From Paramicrosporidium saccamoebae KSL3 (Eukaryota; Fungi; Cryptomycota), in assembly GCA_002794465.1 (NCBI GenBank), contig MTSL01000114.1:6829-38828 (forward strand): a stretch of 32,000 nucleotides of DNA, read 5' to 3'. Positions 1 through 9,837 of the stretch are shown piece after piece. The position numbers and the translations under genes are program-made. Below the pieces are notes generated by a model. The model was not told the origin of the DNA and ran no database searches. It saw nothing but the letters and a program-made list of their open reading frames with translations. How positions within the stretch are numbered: position 1 is the stretch's first letter; each line of letters opens with the position of its first letter.

Positions 1-379
1 CATCATCTTGATGTACATAGCCTGAAATATTTCTCATCTTTACCTCATGGTCAGTTGTAGTCTGCCCATTAACAAGAATGTTGCCACTCAAACTACTCTT
101 CTTTGAGATTCCCGTCACGGCGGCGAGAATGTTTAGCAGCGTGGTCTTGCCGGCTCCAGAAGCGCCCATGACAGCCGTAGTTCTTCCTGCACGGAACAGC
201 GCATTAACTCGATCCAAGATTACTTTAGGAGGCGAGTCTTTGAGCTTTGAAGGCACCGAAAATGTAACATTTTGACACGATAAAGTAAGGCTTGCATCGG
301 GTCTGGCCAATACAGAATCCCGTTTCATATAGGACACGTTGAGCACTTCATGTTGTTGCTTGAAAGAGGCGTCTGCCAT
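1..379 (-). CDS. ABCG (White-like) ABC transporter, N-terminal part, runs off the left edge
   Basis: Manual translation from ATG 379: MADASFKQQ...LTLSCQNVTFSV...ILDRVNALFRAGRTTAVMGASGAGKTTLLNIL...SGNILVNG...SGYVHQDD (Walker A, NBD-first, ABCG Q-loop YVxQDD). The frame stays open upstream to another ATG at 463. Confidence 0.9.
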   Translation of the reverse strand, partial: MADASFKQQHEVLNVSYMKRDSVLARPDASLTLSCQNVTFSVPSKLKDSPPKVILDRVNALFRAGRTTAVMGASGAGKTTLLNILAAVTGISKKSSLSGNILVNGQTTTDHEVKMRNISGYVHQDD

Positions 380-461
380 TGATGAAGCAAAGGACGCCAC
401 GCCATTTTTGGACAGAATGCGTTGAAATAGTAAAATGCAAATTGCAGTAAATTTGTTAAAC

Positions 462-2317
462 ATGTGGTTGGATGTCAATGTTGCATTTCGGAGATATGTC
501 GAAAAGATGGTTTCCTCCACTGAAGGGATGAAGATTTTACTACTCGATAGAGAGACAGTAGAACATTATATTAATCTCATCGCTAGGCTGGGATGCTGAG
601 TTCGGTGGTCTCCCAGTCGTACTTGTTAGAGAATGAAGTTTATTTGACTGATTTCCTGGCAAATGTGAACCGCGAAGAGATTGGTGGCCTGAAATGTCTA
701 GTTTTTGTCCGGCCTACGGCTGTAAACGTTGACCTTGTCATTAGAGAGCTCTACGAGCCGAGGTATCCGGAATATCATATCTGTATTTGCGTTGATGATT
801 TGAATGCTTCATTTAGAAAGATTTGTCAAACAGTCTAAAGAATGTGCAATTAGAACGGATAGCAGAGGCAGACAAATTTGAAGTTGTGCACCAAGTCCAG
901 GTATCATGGGAGACAGTGTCGTCAATATTTTAGGAATATTTTGCTGATTTCTATGTCTTGCACGAGAATCATGCAAGCCTGCAGCTTGGGTCTGTAATTG
1001 GCCAACAGTTGAATTCGTGGAATCGCAAACTGCTGTGCCGCTCAACCGAGGGACTAGGAGCACTACTTCTCAGTTTGAGGAAGCGGCCATTAATTAGATA
1101 CGACCGGGCGTCTTTGATGGCCACCAACTTGGCACACGAGATTCATGACTTGATGGAAAAGGAAGAGGGACTCTTTGATTTCCGACAGTCTGACTCTAGT
1201 CCAATTTTGCTGATTCTTGACAGAAGATTTGACTTGATAACTCCACTGCTACTACAATGGACATACCAAGCCATGGTTCACGAAATCTTTGGAATTAGTA
1301 ATGGCAGGGTGAATCTTGACGTGGATGCTTTGTCGGGATCCCTTGAAGATCCGCCGGTAAACAAGTCTGGTACTCGGGAGCACGTCATTTGCACCGGTCA
1401 AGATGCATTTTACCGAGACAATGTGGACAGCACCTTTGGTGATTTAGGAGAAAATGTCCGCATGCTTGTTCAAACATTTCAGGAACGAACTCTGCAGCAC
1501 CAAAGCCAACTGGATTCTATCCCTTCCATGAAGCGGTTTATTGAGGACTACCCAGAGTATCGTCGCATGTCCACATATGTCTCAAAGCATGTTGCTCTGG
1601 TAGGGGAAATATCAAAACGGGTGGAAGCCTTTAATCTCTTGCAGCTCTCTGAAATTGAACAAAATATTGTTACCAACACAGGGAACATTCAGGAAGTCAC
1701 TTTTATGCTGCAGCGAGAGGATATCGCACATCGACTAAAGGTGAAGCTTGCAATTATTTATGCACTTTGTCATTCCCAATCTCCGGCCTTTGACTTTTTG
1801 TCATTTATCGATTTGCTTAGAAATTGCGAATTTTCGCCAGATGATATTTCTGTATGTTTCCTTGATTGTCAGTTTACTTTGTAGCTTGTCGACTTTGCAA
1901 TGAAATTTTCTCTTCCAGATATGGTCCCATCGTCCGATGCCATTTCCATGAGCAGTCTTCGGGGGCGGGGCCTTGCTTCCCTCTCCAATCAAGTAGTGCT
2001 TGGATGCCATTCATAGTCTGTAGGACAACTCTAATGTGTACACAAGGCATGTCCCTCCCATTTTGGATATTGTGGATTCTTTGGTACGGGGCAGGCTACC
2101 TCTGTCAAATTATCCCTTTCTGAAGAGCCCCTCTACAGATCGACCGCAGGAAATTATCGTGTTTATGGTAAACGGAACTACTTACGAGGAAGCGTCGTAT
2201 TTACGGAAATACTGCCAACTGCTTCCTGGTGTCAGCGTCGTCTTGGCAGGAACGACTGTACACAACAGTTCTAGTATTATGGATGAGCTCTTGCAAATCC
2301 GTGATGAAGTGCTGTGA
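462..2317 (+). CDS. VPS45: Vacuolar protein sorting 45 (Sec1/Munc18 family), 563 aa, 6 exons
   Basis: Exons 462-557, 587-782, 821-900, 934-1851, 1885-1992, 2024-2317 join in frame. Motifs: GMKILLLDRET, EVYL, FVRPT, EADKFEVVHQVQEYFADF, LLILDRRFDLITPLLLQWTYQAMVHE, SKHVALVGE, NVYTRHVP, IIVFMVNGTTYEEA. Confidence 0.95.
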
Positions 2318-2641
2318 AGCATTGGATGCAGTGAAAGTAGCGAATGTGGCTAATTAAGTCAATGTCGATTCTACTGCTAATCAGTGGATTTATGCGGATA
2401 TATCGGGTATCGACTCTATTACTAATTAGTGGACTGATGGTGGCGTAGTGGGCGTCAATTATACTATCAATCAGTGAGTATCGATTCTTTATTCATCAAC
2501 GGATTTACAATTGGTTGATTCTCGAGTACCGGATTTCAAGGCATATCTGCATCTGTTTACCCATTTGTGAAACTATCAGGACTGTTCAATCAAAAATAAA
2601 CAAGCTTCTTCTAACAAGCCTTTGTTGCAATATTATAGCCA

Positions 2642-3113
2642 TCATATTCCTAGCATTGTTGATAGGTGTAGCGTCTGTTTAGATTTTTTCTCTCGATCTT
2701 TCATATCTTGCATTACTTGTATCCTCTCATGGACCTTTTCCACCGATTCCCATCCCACAAATGACGGTAACCCAAAGTCATCGGTAGCTTCATCAATTAC
2801 ATCCACACGGCCTTCTGCATCGGTTTCAACCAAGCGTCTCGTAAGGGCTTGGGCATCATTAAGACTGGTACCGTAGACACTGGTAGCACTGCGGTCTGCT
2901 AATCGTTGCATGAGTTCGCCCATGTCAGGTGTTTCGTCCAACAAATATCCACAGAATGGGCAAGCATCACCTTTTTCCTGGGAGCACTGGATTCTCCCGC
3001 ATGTTAAGCAGTTGGAGGTGTACTTATGAACCTGTCCTGGAAATCTTAAATTACGCAGAGTCAAAGGTACCTTGGCAAGAGCAAGCGCCCGCAGCTTGCG
3101 GCCAGCCTTGCAT
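2642..3113 (-). CDS. RQT4: RQT4/TRIP4(ASC-1)-like C2HC5 zinc-finger protein, short form (~145 aa)
   Basis: Splicing intron 3037-3070 gives MQGWPQAAGACSCQGQVHKYTSNCLTCGRIQCSQEKGDACPFCG (C2HC5 finger), followed by RVDVIDEATDDF. Start is uncertain (3113 vs 3145). Confidence 0.75.
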
Positions 3114-3143
3114 TCTAGAGTCCCAGGGTGGGACAGAGTTGAC

Positions 3144-3502
3144 ATGCAAGACGAGGTATCTTTGCCAGTCGTGACGCTGATTATTTATTGCAGTATTTCG
3201 TCTTGGATTTTGGAGATGACCCTGACATCCACGCTCTTTTGCAGCGCATCCCCCATGACCGCGTAGCCTATAATACCCACGTACGCCTCTGACCACACTA
3301 GCCCACCTTTTAGTTTTCTGAAAATGCAGCCTCTGTCACGGTAGATATCAATGGGATGCTGTTTAAGGGACCAAGCCTGCCCACTATTGGCACCGATCTG
3401 ATTACTGTCAAGTCTGAAGGACAACATCAAGTTCTTGCGACTTCCACGAGACGATATGTTGTAAAACAGTTTGTACAGAGTCTATCAGACGATGTGCAGT
3501 AA
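3144..3502 (+). CDS. Small protein (95 aa), probable TFIIIC subunit 6 (GTF3C6/Sfc7)-like domain; missed by the ORF track
   Basis: Exons 3144-3155, 3194-3280, 3314-3502: MQDEYFVLDFG...ASVTVDINGMLFKGPSLPTIGTDLITV... This resembles the TFIIIC_sub6 pattern (PxLqig..lFxGxwxxTiGTdli). Both introns are canonical GT-AG. Confidence 0.6.
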
Positions 3503-3588
3503 GACAGCTTGGACATAAAGTGGCATGTTGTAAAGCAATCTGTTCAAAGTTTATAAATCCTATAATTACTATAGACTCGACATGCAAG

Positions 3589-3671
3589 GGCAAGATGGCC
3601 GAGTGGTTAAGGCGTCAGGTTTAGGCCCTGATCTCCGCGAGGGGGCAAGGGTTCGAACCCCTTTCTTGTCA
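3589..3671 (+). tRNA. tRNA-Leu(TAG)
   Basis: Acceptor GGCAAGA/TCTTGTC-A, D-arm TGGCCGAGTGGTTAAGGC, anticodon stem TCAGG-TT TAG GC-CCTGA, long variable arm, GGTTCGAACCC; TTTT at 3678-3681. Confidence 0.95.
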
Positions 3672-3735
3672 ATTACCTTTTGTCTGCTTCACTTTTGCAG
3701 GCACTACTGGGAGGATCTAAAAACTGCTGGGTTTA

Positions 3736-4197
3736 TCAAAGAATGACTCTACTGACTAGATCGCATCCTGTCACCATTAATGCTGAATAGGCCACTATTG
3801 CTGGAAGCGTCTTCATATTGCCTCTTCCTAAGGGGGATTAGCCATTCACGGTGGCAATTACCAACGACACCGTACATCAATATACCCGACACGACTCCCG
3901 CAGATATTGCGTTGAAAAGGTCGGGTTTTTCCACTTGTCGCTGTCCCCGGACCTCCATAAGCGTTCTTCTTGTAACTACAGGCTATTAGAATAATGAGAT
4001 GCTCACTCAATGATGTTGAGGCCCACATGGCCAATGTTCCTGATGTCCAGACTGCAGACCTGGCAACGGACGTCCGTGTCAGTATTCCAAAAATGCTTCC
4101 AGCAAACAGCCCTACTACTCCTACAGGCTCTCTTTTACTCGCATGCAACTCTACCTGCAGTGCCCCCAACGGCAGTGCATAGACGTCCCGCTTCCAT
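3736..4197 (-). CDS. Tim17/Tim22/Tim23/Pmp24-family four-TM membrane protein (~120 aa)
   Basis: Exons 4197-4155, 4120-4007, 3975-3862, 3827-3736: MEAGRLCTAVGGTAGVVGLFAGSIFG...DLFNAISAGVVSGILMYG..., with glycine zippers and a DxxNAIxAG motif. A further 33-nt intron could extend the end to 3673. Confidence 0.65.
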
Positions 4198-4221
4198 AAG
4201 TTCGCCGGTGTGCATTCCAAC

Positions 4222-4227
4222 AAAAAA
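4222..4227 (-). terminator. RNA Pol III T6 terminator after tRNA-Ile
   Basis: A6 on the plus strand (T6 on minus) 2 nt past the discriminator base. Confidence 0.8.
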
Positions 4228-4229
4228 CG

Positions 4230-4303
4230 TGGTCCTTGGCAGGATCGAACTGCCGACCTTGGCGTTATTAGCACCACGCTCTAACCGACTGAGCTAAAGG
4301 ACC
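4230..4303 (-). tRNA. tRNA-Ile(AAT)
   Basis: Reverse complement GGTCCTTTAGCTCAGTCGGTTAGAGCGTGGTGCT-AAT-AACGCCAAGGTCGGCAGTTCGATCCTGCCAAGGACCA folds as a cloverleaf. Confidence 0.95.
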
Positions 4304-4311
4304 GCAAGTCG

Positions 4312-4385
4312 CACCCCAGCTGGGAATCGAACCCAGAACCTTCTGATTAGAAGTCAGACGCGCTATCCGATTGCGCCACTGAGGC
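4312..4385 (-). tRNA. tRNA-Arg(TCT), intronless
   Basis: Reverse complement GCCTCAGTGGCGCAATCGGATAGCGCGTCTGACT-TCT-AATCAGAAGGTTCTGGGTTCGATTCCCAGCTGGGGTG folds as a cloverleaf. Confidence 0.95.
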
Positions 4386-4446
4386 TACTGATACCATTGG
4401 GGGATTTTATTACCAAATAGCAAGTGGTGAGCAATAGGTGGTGAAT

Positions 4447-4560
4447 GGTATTTGTCCAATGTTTGGGCGCCATGTCGGCGAGTTTCTACCAACTGGTAAC
4501 TCCCTGCCGCCCAATTTAGCTTGTATTGGCACCGTGGTAATACTCCTACCATGCAACATC
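4447..4560 (-). repeat. Dispersed ~120-bp intergenic element, copy 1 (reverse orientation)
   Basis: Reverse complement contains GGAGTATTACCACGGTGCCAAT (21/22 identical to 9159-9180) and the core AACTCGCCGACATGGCGCCCAAACATTGGAC (4484-4454). Confidence 0.8.
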
Positions 4561-4671
4561 ACAGCAAGAGTATATCTTTATTAAAGGCACCTTACAGGCT
4601 GCCACCTTCAACACATCAGATTGTGGGTTAGCCGCCAGGATTACCAATCAGAAGCGGGCGCGGTTTAACAG

Positions 4672-6893
4672 TTATTTTTTGGCCAGCTCATCGTATGCAT
4701 GCTTTGTAGCAAACGGCCTAGGACCCAAGAGTTCAATGACGTCTTCACGATTCAGTACCTCCTTCTCTAGTAATCTCAATGCCAACTTTTCCACTTCGGC
4801 TCTTTTTTCCGAAAGCAAGGCGACAGTTCGTTCATAGGATTCGGCCACCATTTTCCGAGCTTCTTCGTCAATCATCTTGGCAGTCTCCTCAGAGTAAGGA
4901 CGCTGGGTTAGGGAAGAATTTTCAGACTGCTCGTCAAACGACAGGGTCCCAATGCGCGGATTCATGCCAAAAATGGCGATTTGAGAATAGGCCAACTTTG
5001 TGACTTTCTGGAGATCATCACGAGCGCCGGTAGTTACACTTGCATGCCCAAAAAACATTTCCTCAGCAACTCGACCCGCCAGAGTCATTGCCATTCGGTC
5101 TGCTAGTTGGGACCGGCTGTATAGGTATTGATCCTTTGGAAGATATTGGGCATAACCCAAGGCTCCAATGCCACGAGGAATGATAGAGACCTTGAGGAGA
5201 GGATCAGCATGTTCTAGAAACCAGCCAGCAACTGCATGTCCAGCTTCGTGATAGGAAACTAGCCTTTTTTCTTCAGGAGATAATACGCGACTCTTTTTTT
5301 CTAACCCAGCGATGACTCGCTCAATGGCCATGTCAAAGTGTTTGTCATCAACAAGATCCGAGTTGAAGCGTGCTGCAATGAGGGCTGCTTCGTTGCAGAC
5401 GTTGGCAATGTCGGCACCTGCAAACCCTGGTGTCAAGAATGCCAGTCTTTGAGAGAGAGCAGCTTTGTCTGAGCGAGTCTTTATCGGCCCGAGATGGACA
5501 GCAAAAATATCTTGGCGGCCCTTCAGGTCGGGCTTGTCAATGGCAATCATTCGATCGAATCTGCCGGGTCTTGTCAAGGCTGGATCAAGGACGTCCGGAC
5601 GGTTTGTACCCGCCAGGACTATAATTTGATCAGTGGACGCAAATCCGTCCATCTCAACTAAAAGTTGATTCAGGGTATTCTCACGCTCATCGTTGCCACC
5701 CCCGCCCAAATATCCACCACGTCCCCGAGCCTTTCCGATCGCATCAATTTCATCAATGAAAACGATGCAGGGAGCCATTTCGCGGGCCTCGTTGAACAAG
5801 TCTCTGACGCGCGACGATCCTACACCCACAAACATTTCAACGAATTCGCTTCCAGAGACGCTAAGAAAAGGAACATCAGCTTCGCCTGCTGTAGCCTTTG
5901 CCAACAGCGTCTTTCCTGTTCCAGGTGGCCCGCTCAGAATCGCCCCCTTTGGTATTTTTGCGCCCAACCGTTGGTACTTGGCGGGCTCTTTTAGAAACTG
6001 GACAAACTCCATAATCTCCTCCTTTGCCTCGTCCATACCGGCGACATCCTTGAAGCGGACCTTTACCAAAGTTTCTGAATTGTACAATTTAGCTTTTGAC
6101 TTGCCAACATTGAAGATGCTGGCAGCGCCACCAGATCCAGCCCGCTGGCTGGCTCTCCAAAGAGAGTAAAAGATGTACGCTGTCAATATGGTTGGGGCAT
6201 ACTGGAGAAGGGTGGTGAATGGCCCCGGACTGCTCTGCTCATATGAAATTGGGACTCTTTGGGACTTTGGAGTTCCCAAGTCATCTTGGGCCTGCTCCAA
6301 CGCCTTCTCAAAGGAATCAACTGAGCCGATAGTAAAGTAAACCGGGAGTGAAGAAGCAGAGCCGGATTTGAGTACAATTCGGACAATATTTTTGTCAAAA
6401 ACGACTAGACGATCTACGGTTCCTCGTTCCAAGTAATCACTGATAAATTGAGGAAATGTGATCTCGTGGGTCGGCGTAATCATCGATTGGTAAAGATACC
6501 AAGTAGCTGCTGCGCCTACCAGCATCGCAGGCCAGGAGACGTTACTGAAATCTGGCATAGGGTTCTTTTTATCACCTCCCCGACCTTTGCTGCCCTTGTC
6601 CTCTTCCTCGGGCTCCTCCTTTCTTCCCTCGGGCTCGCGTGTCCCGCCTCCCGAGCCTCGAACAACTCGAAATGAAATTGGCCCGAGTCTCGCAATTTCC
6701 TCATCTTTCAGCTTTCGTGGGTGCCCTCCGCTGTAGTGTCGTCTCGACATCAGACAGTTACTATAGTGCGCCACTCTAAAAAGTAAATCAAAATTACATG
6801 TATCAGTGCATACGGAATAGTATGGTGCACACCTTTTCGATTTCCCAGTGAATTCCACAGGCCCGCCAATGTAAGGCGCTTGGAAGGGTGCAT
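4672..6893 (-). CDS. AFG3: Mitochondrial m-AAA protease subunit (AFG3/YTA12/AFG3L2 family, FtsH-like), 727 aa
   Basis: Walker A GPPGTGKT, Walker [12 protein letters not shown], zinc motif HEAGH, two N-terminal TM segments. A 38-nt intron (6776-6813, GTATGC..TTTTTAG) links ATG 6893, giving the presequence [42 protein letters not shown]. Confidence 0.93.
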
Positions 6894-7397
6894 TCTACCA
6901 CGGCGAAAAGATAATTAATTTCTCAAGCCGGGCCTTCCTCCCAAGTGTAGCACATGGTAAAATAGTTGTGGCGTAGTGGACTGATTAGCGGGTTCTGTTG
7001 ATGAGCGAATTAGTTCTCTTAAAGTATGTGGCTCCTTTATAGGCAGCCGCTCTTAGTGTAACAGGAGCGGATCGTGAGATTGCATAACTACCTGCGCTGG
7101 GGCCATCAATTATAAGCAGATACTGTTTAACAGGTTCCTTATTCAAAATGGAACGCCCAAGGTCGAAACTGGTCAATCACAAGCTTCCCTCTTCATTACA
7201 TCTCTCATAGTTCTTTATTATATGCCTCACCTTTCCATTGCACCCTTAAACGCGACTTGGCTCACTACTTACCCTTCACCTCTCTAACTAATTAATCTAT
7301 TTCATATAGTAAAGGGACCTCACCACAAGCACAAGCCTCACAAAGGCGTAATGATTTTAAATGCTCTTATCGTTGCGGCTACTCATAGACGAGTAGG

Positions 7398-7472
7398 ACT
7401 TTTGAACTTTTGAACTTTTGAGCTTCTGGACTTTTGAACTTCTGACTTTTGAACTTCTTGAACCTTTTGATT
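7398..7472 (+). repeat. Degenerate tandem 7-9-mer (C)TTTTGAA, about 9-10 units
   Basis: acttttgaacttttgaacttttgagcttctggacttttgaacttctgacttttgaacttcttgaaccttttgat. Confidence 0.8.
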
Positions 7473-7522
7473 TCTTGGCTTCTTCATTGGCGGTGCCCTA
7501 TATATCAACCCTCACAGTCATA

Positions 7523-9142
7523 ATGATTTTTAACATTGCAGCCGTCCTAAAGTCCATCCAAATCTTTACTTGGGATGTAAATTATTTGGCCGAGTTGGCA
7601 TCAAGAAAGTCACGTTTTTCTTCAAGGCCCAATCTATATCGCCAATTACCCCACTCCAAGTTGATCCCTCCATTAGTGGCTAGGAAGCAGCGATACCTAC
7701 ACCGACTGGGCATGCCGTTGAGGTTATTACTGAGGTTGGCACATCTTGGAGTCATATTCGGTCCAGCGTTTCTCCTGGTCGCACCCATTTGTGCCCTCTC
7801 ACCAGGTCGGAAAAGGCCGTTACTGCATGGAATTATGTATTGGTGCTTGCAGAGGGCAGGCGCTACCTTTATAAAGCTCGGTCAATGGGCCTCAACTCGT
7901 CCGGATATACTCTCTCCCGAACTGTGTCGAGTTCTCTGTGAGCTGAACTCACGGGCACCGGCCCACAGTATGACTTGGAATAGACACGTATTCAGATCGG
8001 AATTTGGAGTGGAACTGGAGCAGATCTTCCGGGACTTTGACTGCAACCCTTCGGGTTCCGGGACAGTTGCTCAAGTACACAGAGCTTGGCTGCGCAAGAG
8101 CGGATTAGAGGTTGCCGTGAAAATATGCCATCCAAACATTGAAGAACATATTGAGAGAGATTTACGACTAATGAAGATTATGGCCGAGGTCGCCCATTCG
8201 ATTCCGCTGTTCAGGAACTTTAATCTCCCCGAGGAGGTCGGGTATTTTTCACAAATGATGCGACAGCAACTCAACTTGAGGCATGAGGCCTATGCTCTGG
8301 ATCACTTTTCTCGCAACTTTTCATATTGGAAAAATGTCCATGTGCCAGTTCCTGTCTACCAGTTTGTCTCGACTCACATTCTTACAGAAACGTTTGCCAC
8401 GGGAACGGCAATTTCGGCATTTTCTTGCGACTCTCTGGAAGAAAGTTTGACGGATCCGGAGAAAGAAGTCTGGACTCTGGCCAAGACGCAAATTGCAACC
8501 ATTGGATTGCAGTCCTTCCTGCAAATGCTGCTCTGGGACAACTTTGTGCATGCCGATCTCCATCCTGGAAACATATTTGTTAGATTTGTCAATAAGCGTG
8601 GAAAAGTGTATTGGAGCGATCGTCCTTCAAAAGAGCTAGTTCATTTGATTGCCCAAGAAGATCTCATCCCTCAACTTGTCTACCTCGACACGGGCCTAGT
8701 GACCCAATTGTCGAGGAAAGATTTTCAAAACTTTAATGATCTCTTTAAAGCTCTTGTACTGCACGGCGACGGCTACCGCGCAGGACAGTTGATTATTGAA
8801 CGGTGTCCTCCACAGCACAGGTCGCGCATAGTTGATCCAGACGGATTTTGCCGATCCATGGACACAATCGTCCAACCAATCTTTCGCAATGTTTCGCTAA
8901 AGTTGAAGAGTTTTGCTATTGCACCAATTATCTTCCAGGTGTTTGATCTTGTCAGGGACCATCGAGTGCATTTGGACGGGTCTTTTACCAATCTGGTGAT
9001 GAGTTTTGGCTGTGTAGAAGGCTTGGGCAGACAGCTCTCTCCTGACCTTAACTTGCTTCCATTTTTAGCAAGCGCCGCACTCCAATATTTGGTAACCAAC
9101 GTTGCCTTTAAGCTTGATCAAATACGTGACAACGCTGCGTAA
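7523..9142 (+). CDS. ABC1/UbiB (ADCK2/Cqd1-like) atypical mitochondrial kinase
   Basis: GATFIKLGQWASTRPD (KxGQ), SGSGTVAQVHRA, VAVKICHP, HADLHPGNI, DTG. First ATG is 7523; the ORF-track start lies in the tandem repeat. Confidence 0.9.
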   Translation: MIFNIAAVLKSIQIFTWDVNYLAELASRKSRFSSRPNLYRQLPHSKLIPPLVARKQRYLHRLGMPLRLLLRLAHLGVIFGPAFLLVAPICALSPGRKRPLLHGIMYWCLQRAGATFIKLGQWASTRPDILSPELCRVLCELNSRAPAHSMTWNRHVFRSEFGVELEQIFRDFDCNPSGSGTVAQVHRAWLRKSGLEVAVKICHPNIEEHIERDLRLMKIMAEVAHSIPLFRNFNLPEEVGYFSQMMRQQLNLRHEAYALDHFSRNFSYWKNVHVPVPVYQFVSTHILTETFATGTAISAFSCDSLEESLTDPEKEVWTLAKTQIATIGLQSFLQMLLWDNFVHADLHPGNIFVRFVNKRGKVYWSDRPSKELVHLIAQEDLIPQLVYLDTGLVTQLSRKDFQNFNDLFKALVLHGDGYRAGQLIIERCPPQHRSRIVDPDGFCRSMDTIVQPIFRNVSLKLKSFAIAPIIFQVFDLVRDHRVHLDGSFTNLVMSFGCVEGLGRQLSPDLNLLPFLASAALQYLVTNVAFKLDQIRDNAA

Positions 9143-9146
9143 GGCT

Positions 9147-9268
9147 GTTGTGTGGGGGGAGTATTACCACGGTGTCAATATAAACGAGCTACATGGAACT
9201 GTTTATTATCAATTGGTGTGTCCACTTATAGACTCGTCGTTATGGTGTCCAAACATTGGAGAGAATCT
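9147..9268 (+). repeat. Dispersed ~120-bp intergenic element, copy 2
   Basis: GGAGTATTACCACGGTGTCAAT (9159-9180) and core GACTCGTCGTTATGGTGTCCAAACATTGGAG (9231-9261). Confidence 0.8.
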
Positions 9269-9361
9269 TTCCACCTCCCAACTCTGACTCTTCTTTCCAC
9301 AATTGAGCAATACCTAGCTAAACATTCCACTACCTCACAAGGCGACAGCTTAGAACGGGAA

Positions 9362-9389
9362 CGCCTCTGTCATGTACGTAACGGAGGCG
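9362..9389. repeat. 28-bp hairpin, copy 1
   Basis: CGCCTCTGT-catgtacgta-ACGGAGGCG; 22/28 identical to 17861-17888. Confidence 0.75.
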
Positions 9390-9837
9390 ATGTACCCAAA
9401 GGTCAGCTTTGAGTTGTACTTGTGAGATTCATTCCAGCCATATTGGGGATGGCGGCCTATTATAAAGACGCTACATGTTTTAATAAAAGCTATCGCTATC
9501 GCGTGCTAACAGACTCGGTTCCGGTTTAACAAAGCTATAATTATGGATCAAAGTGTCGCGTAGTGGGGATGAAGCCATAGACTTTGCCAGGCGGAAAGGG
9601 GGGGGGGTTGTTCACTGCTAGTCCTGGAATAGTATGAATGCACATCTCGCTGTCCCCAAATACTCGGCAAAGTGATCCACTCTAGCTCACAAATACGTCT
9701 TCTCCAACCTAGGGAACCATTCTCAAATACCCAACTAGTCAATCTTCTACGTCACAAAAGAGTGTCCTCAATGGTAAATGGACTTTCATGAATATGATAA
9801 ATTTTTATGAATCTATTTCTAGCGGTCTACTAGTTTC

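Noticed and set aside
3185-3430. Minus-strand ORF as a possible N-terminal RQT4/ASC-1 exon
   Set aside because: Only weak resemblance and no clean splice path; the plus strand holds a better-supported spliced gene.
5665-6169. Plus-strand ORFs over the AFG3 ATPase domain
   Set aside because: Typical antisense translations of AAA motifs.
7430-7460. GAACTTC words as heat-shock elements
   Set aside because: An HSE needs GAAnnTTC; the spacing here is one base short.
7418-7522. N-terminal extension of the ABC1 kinase (FWTFELLTFELLEPF)
   Set aside because: It is just the translation of the TTTTGAAC repeat from a TTG; the first ATG is 7523.
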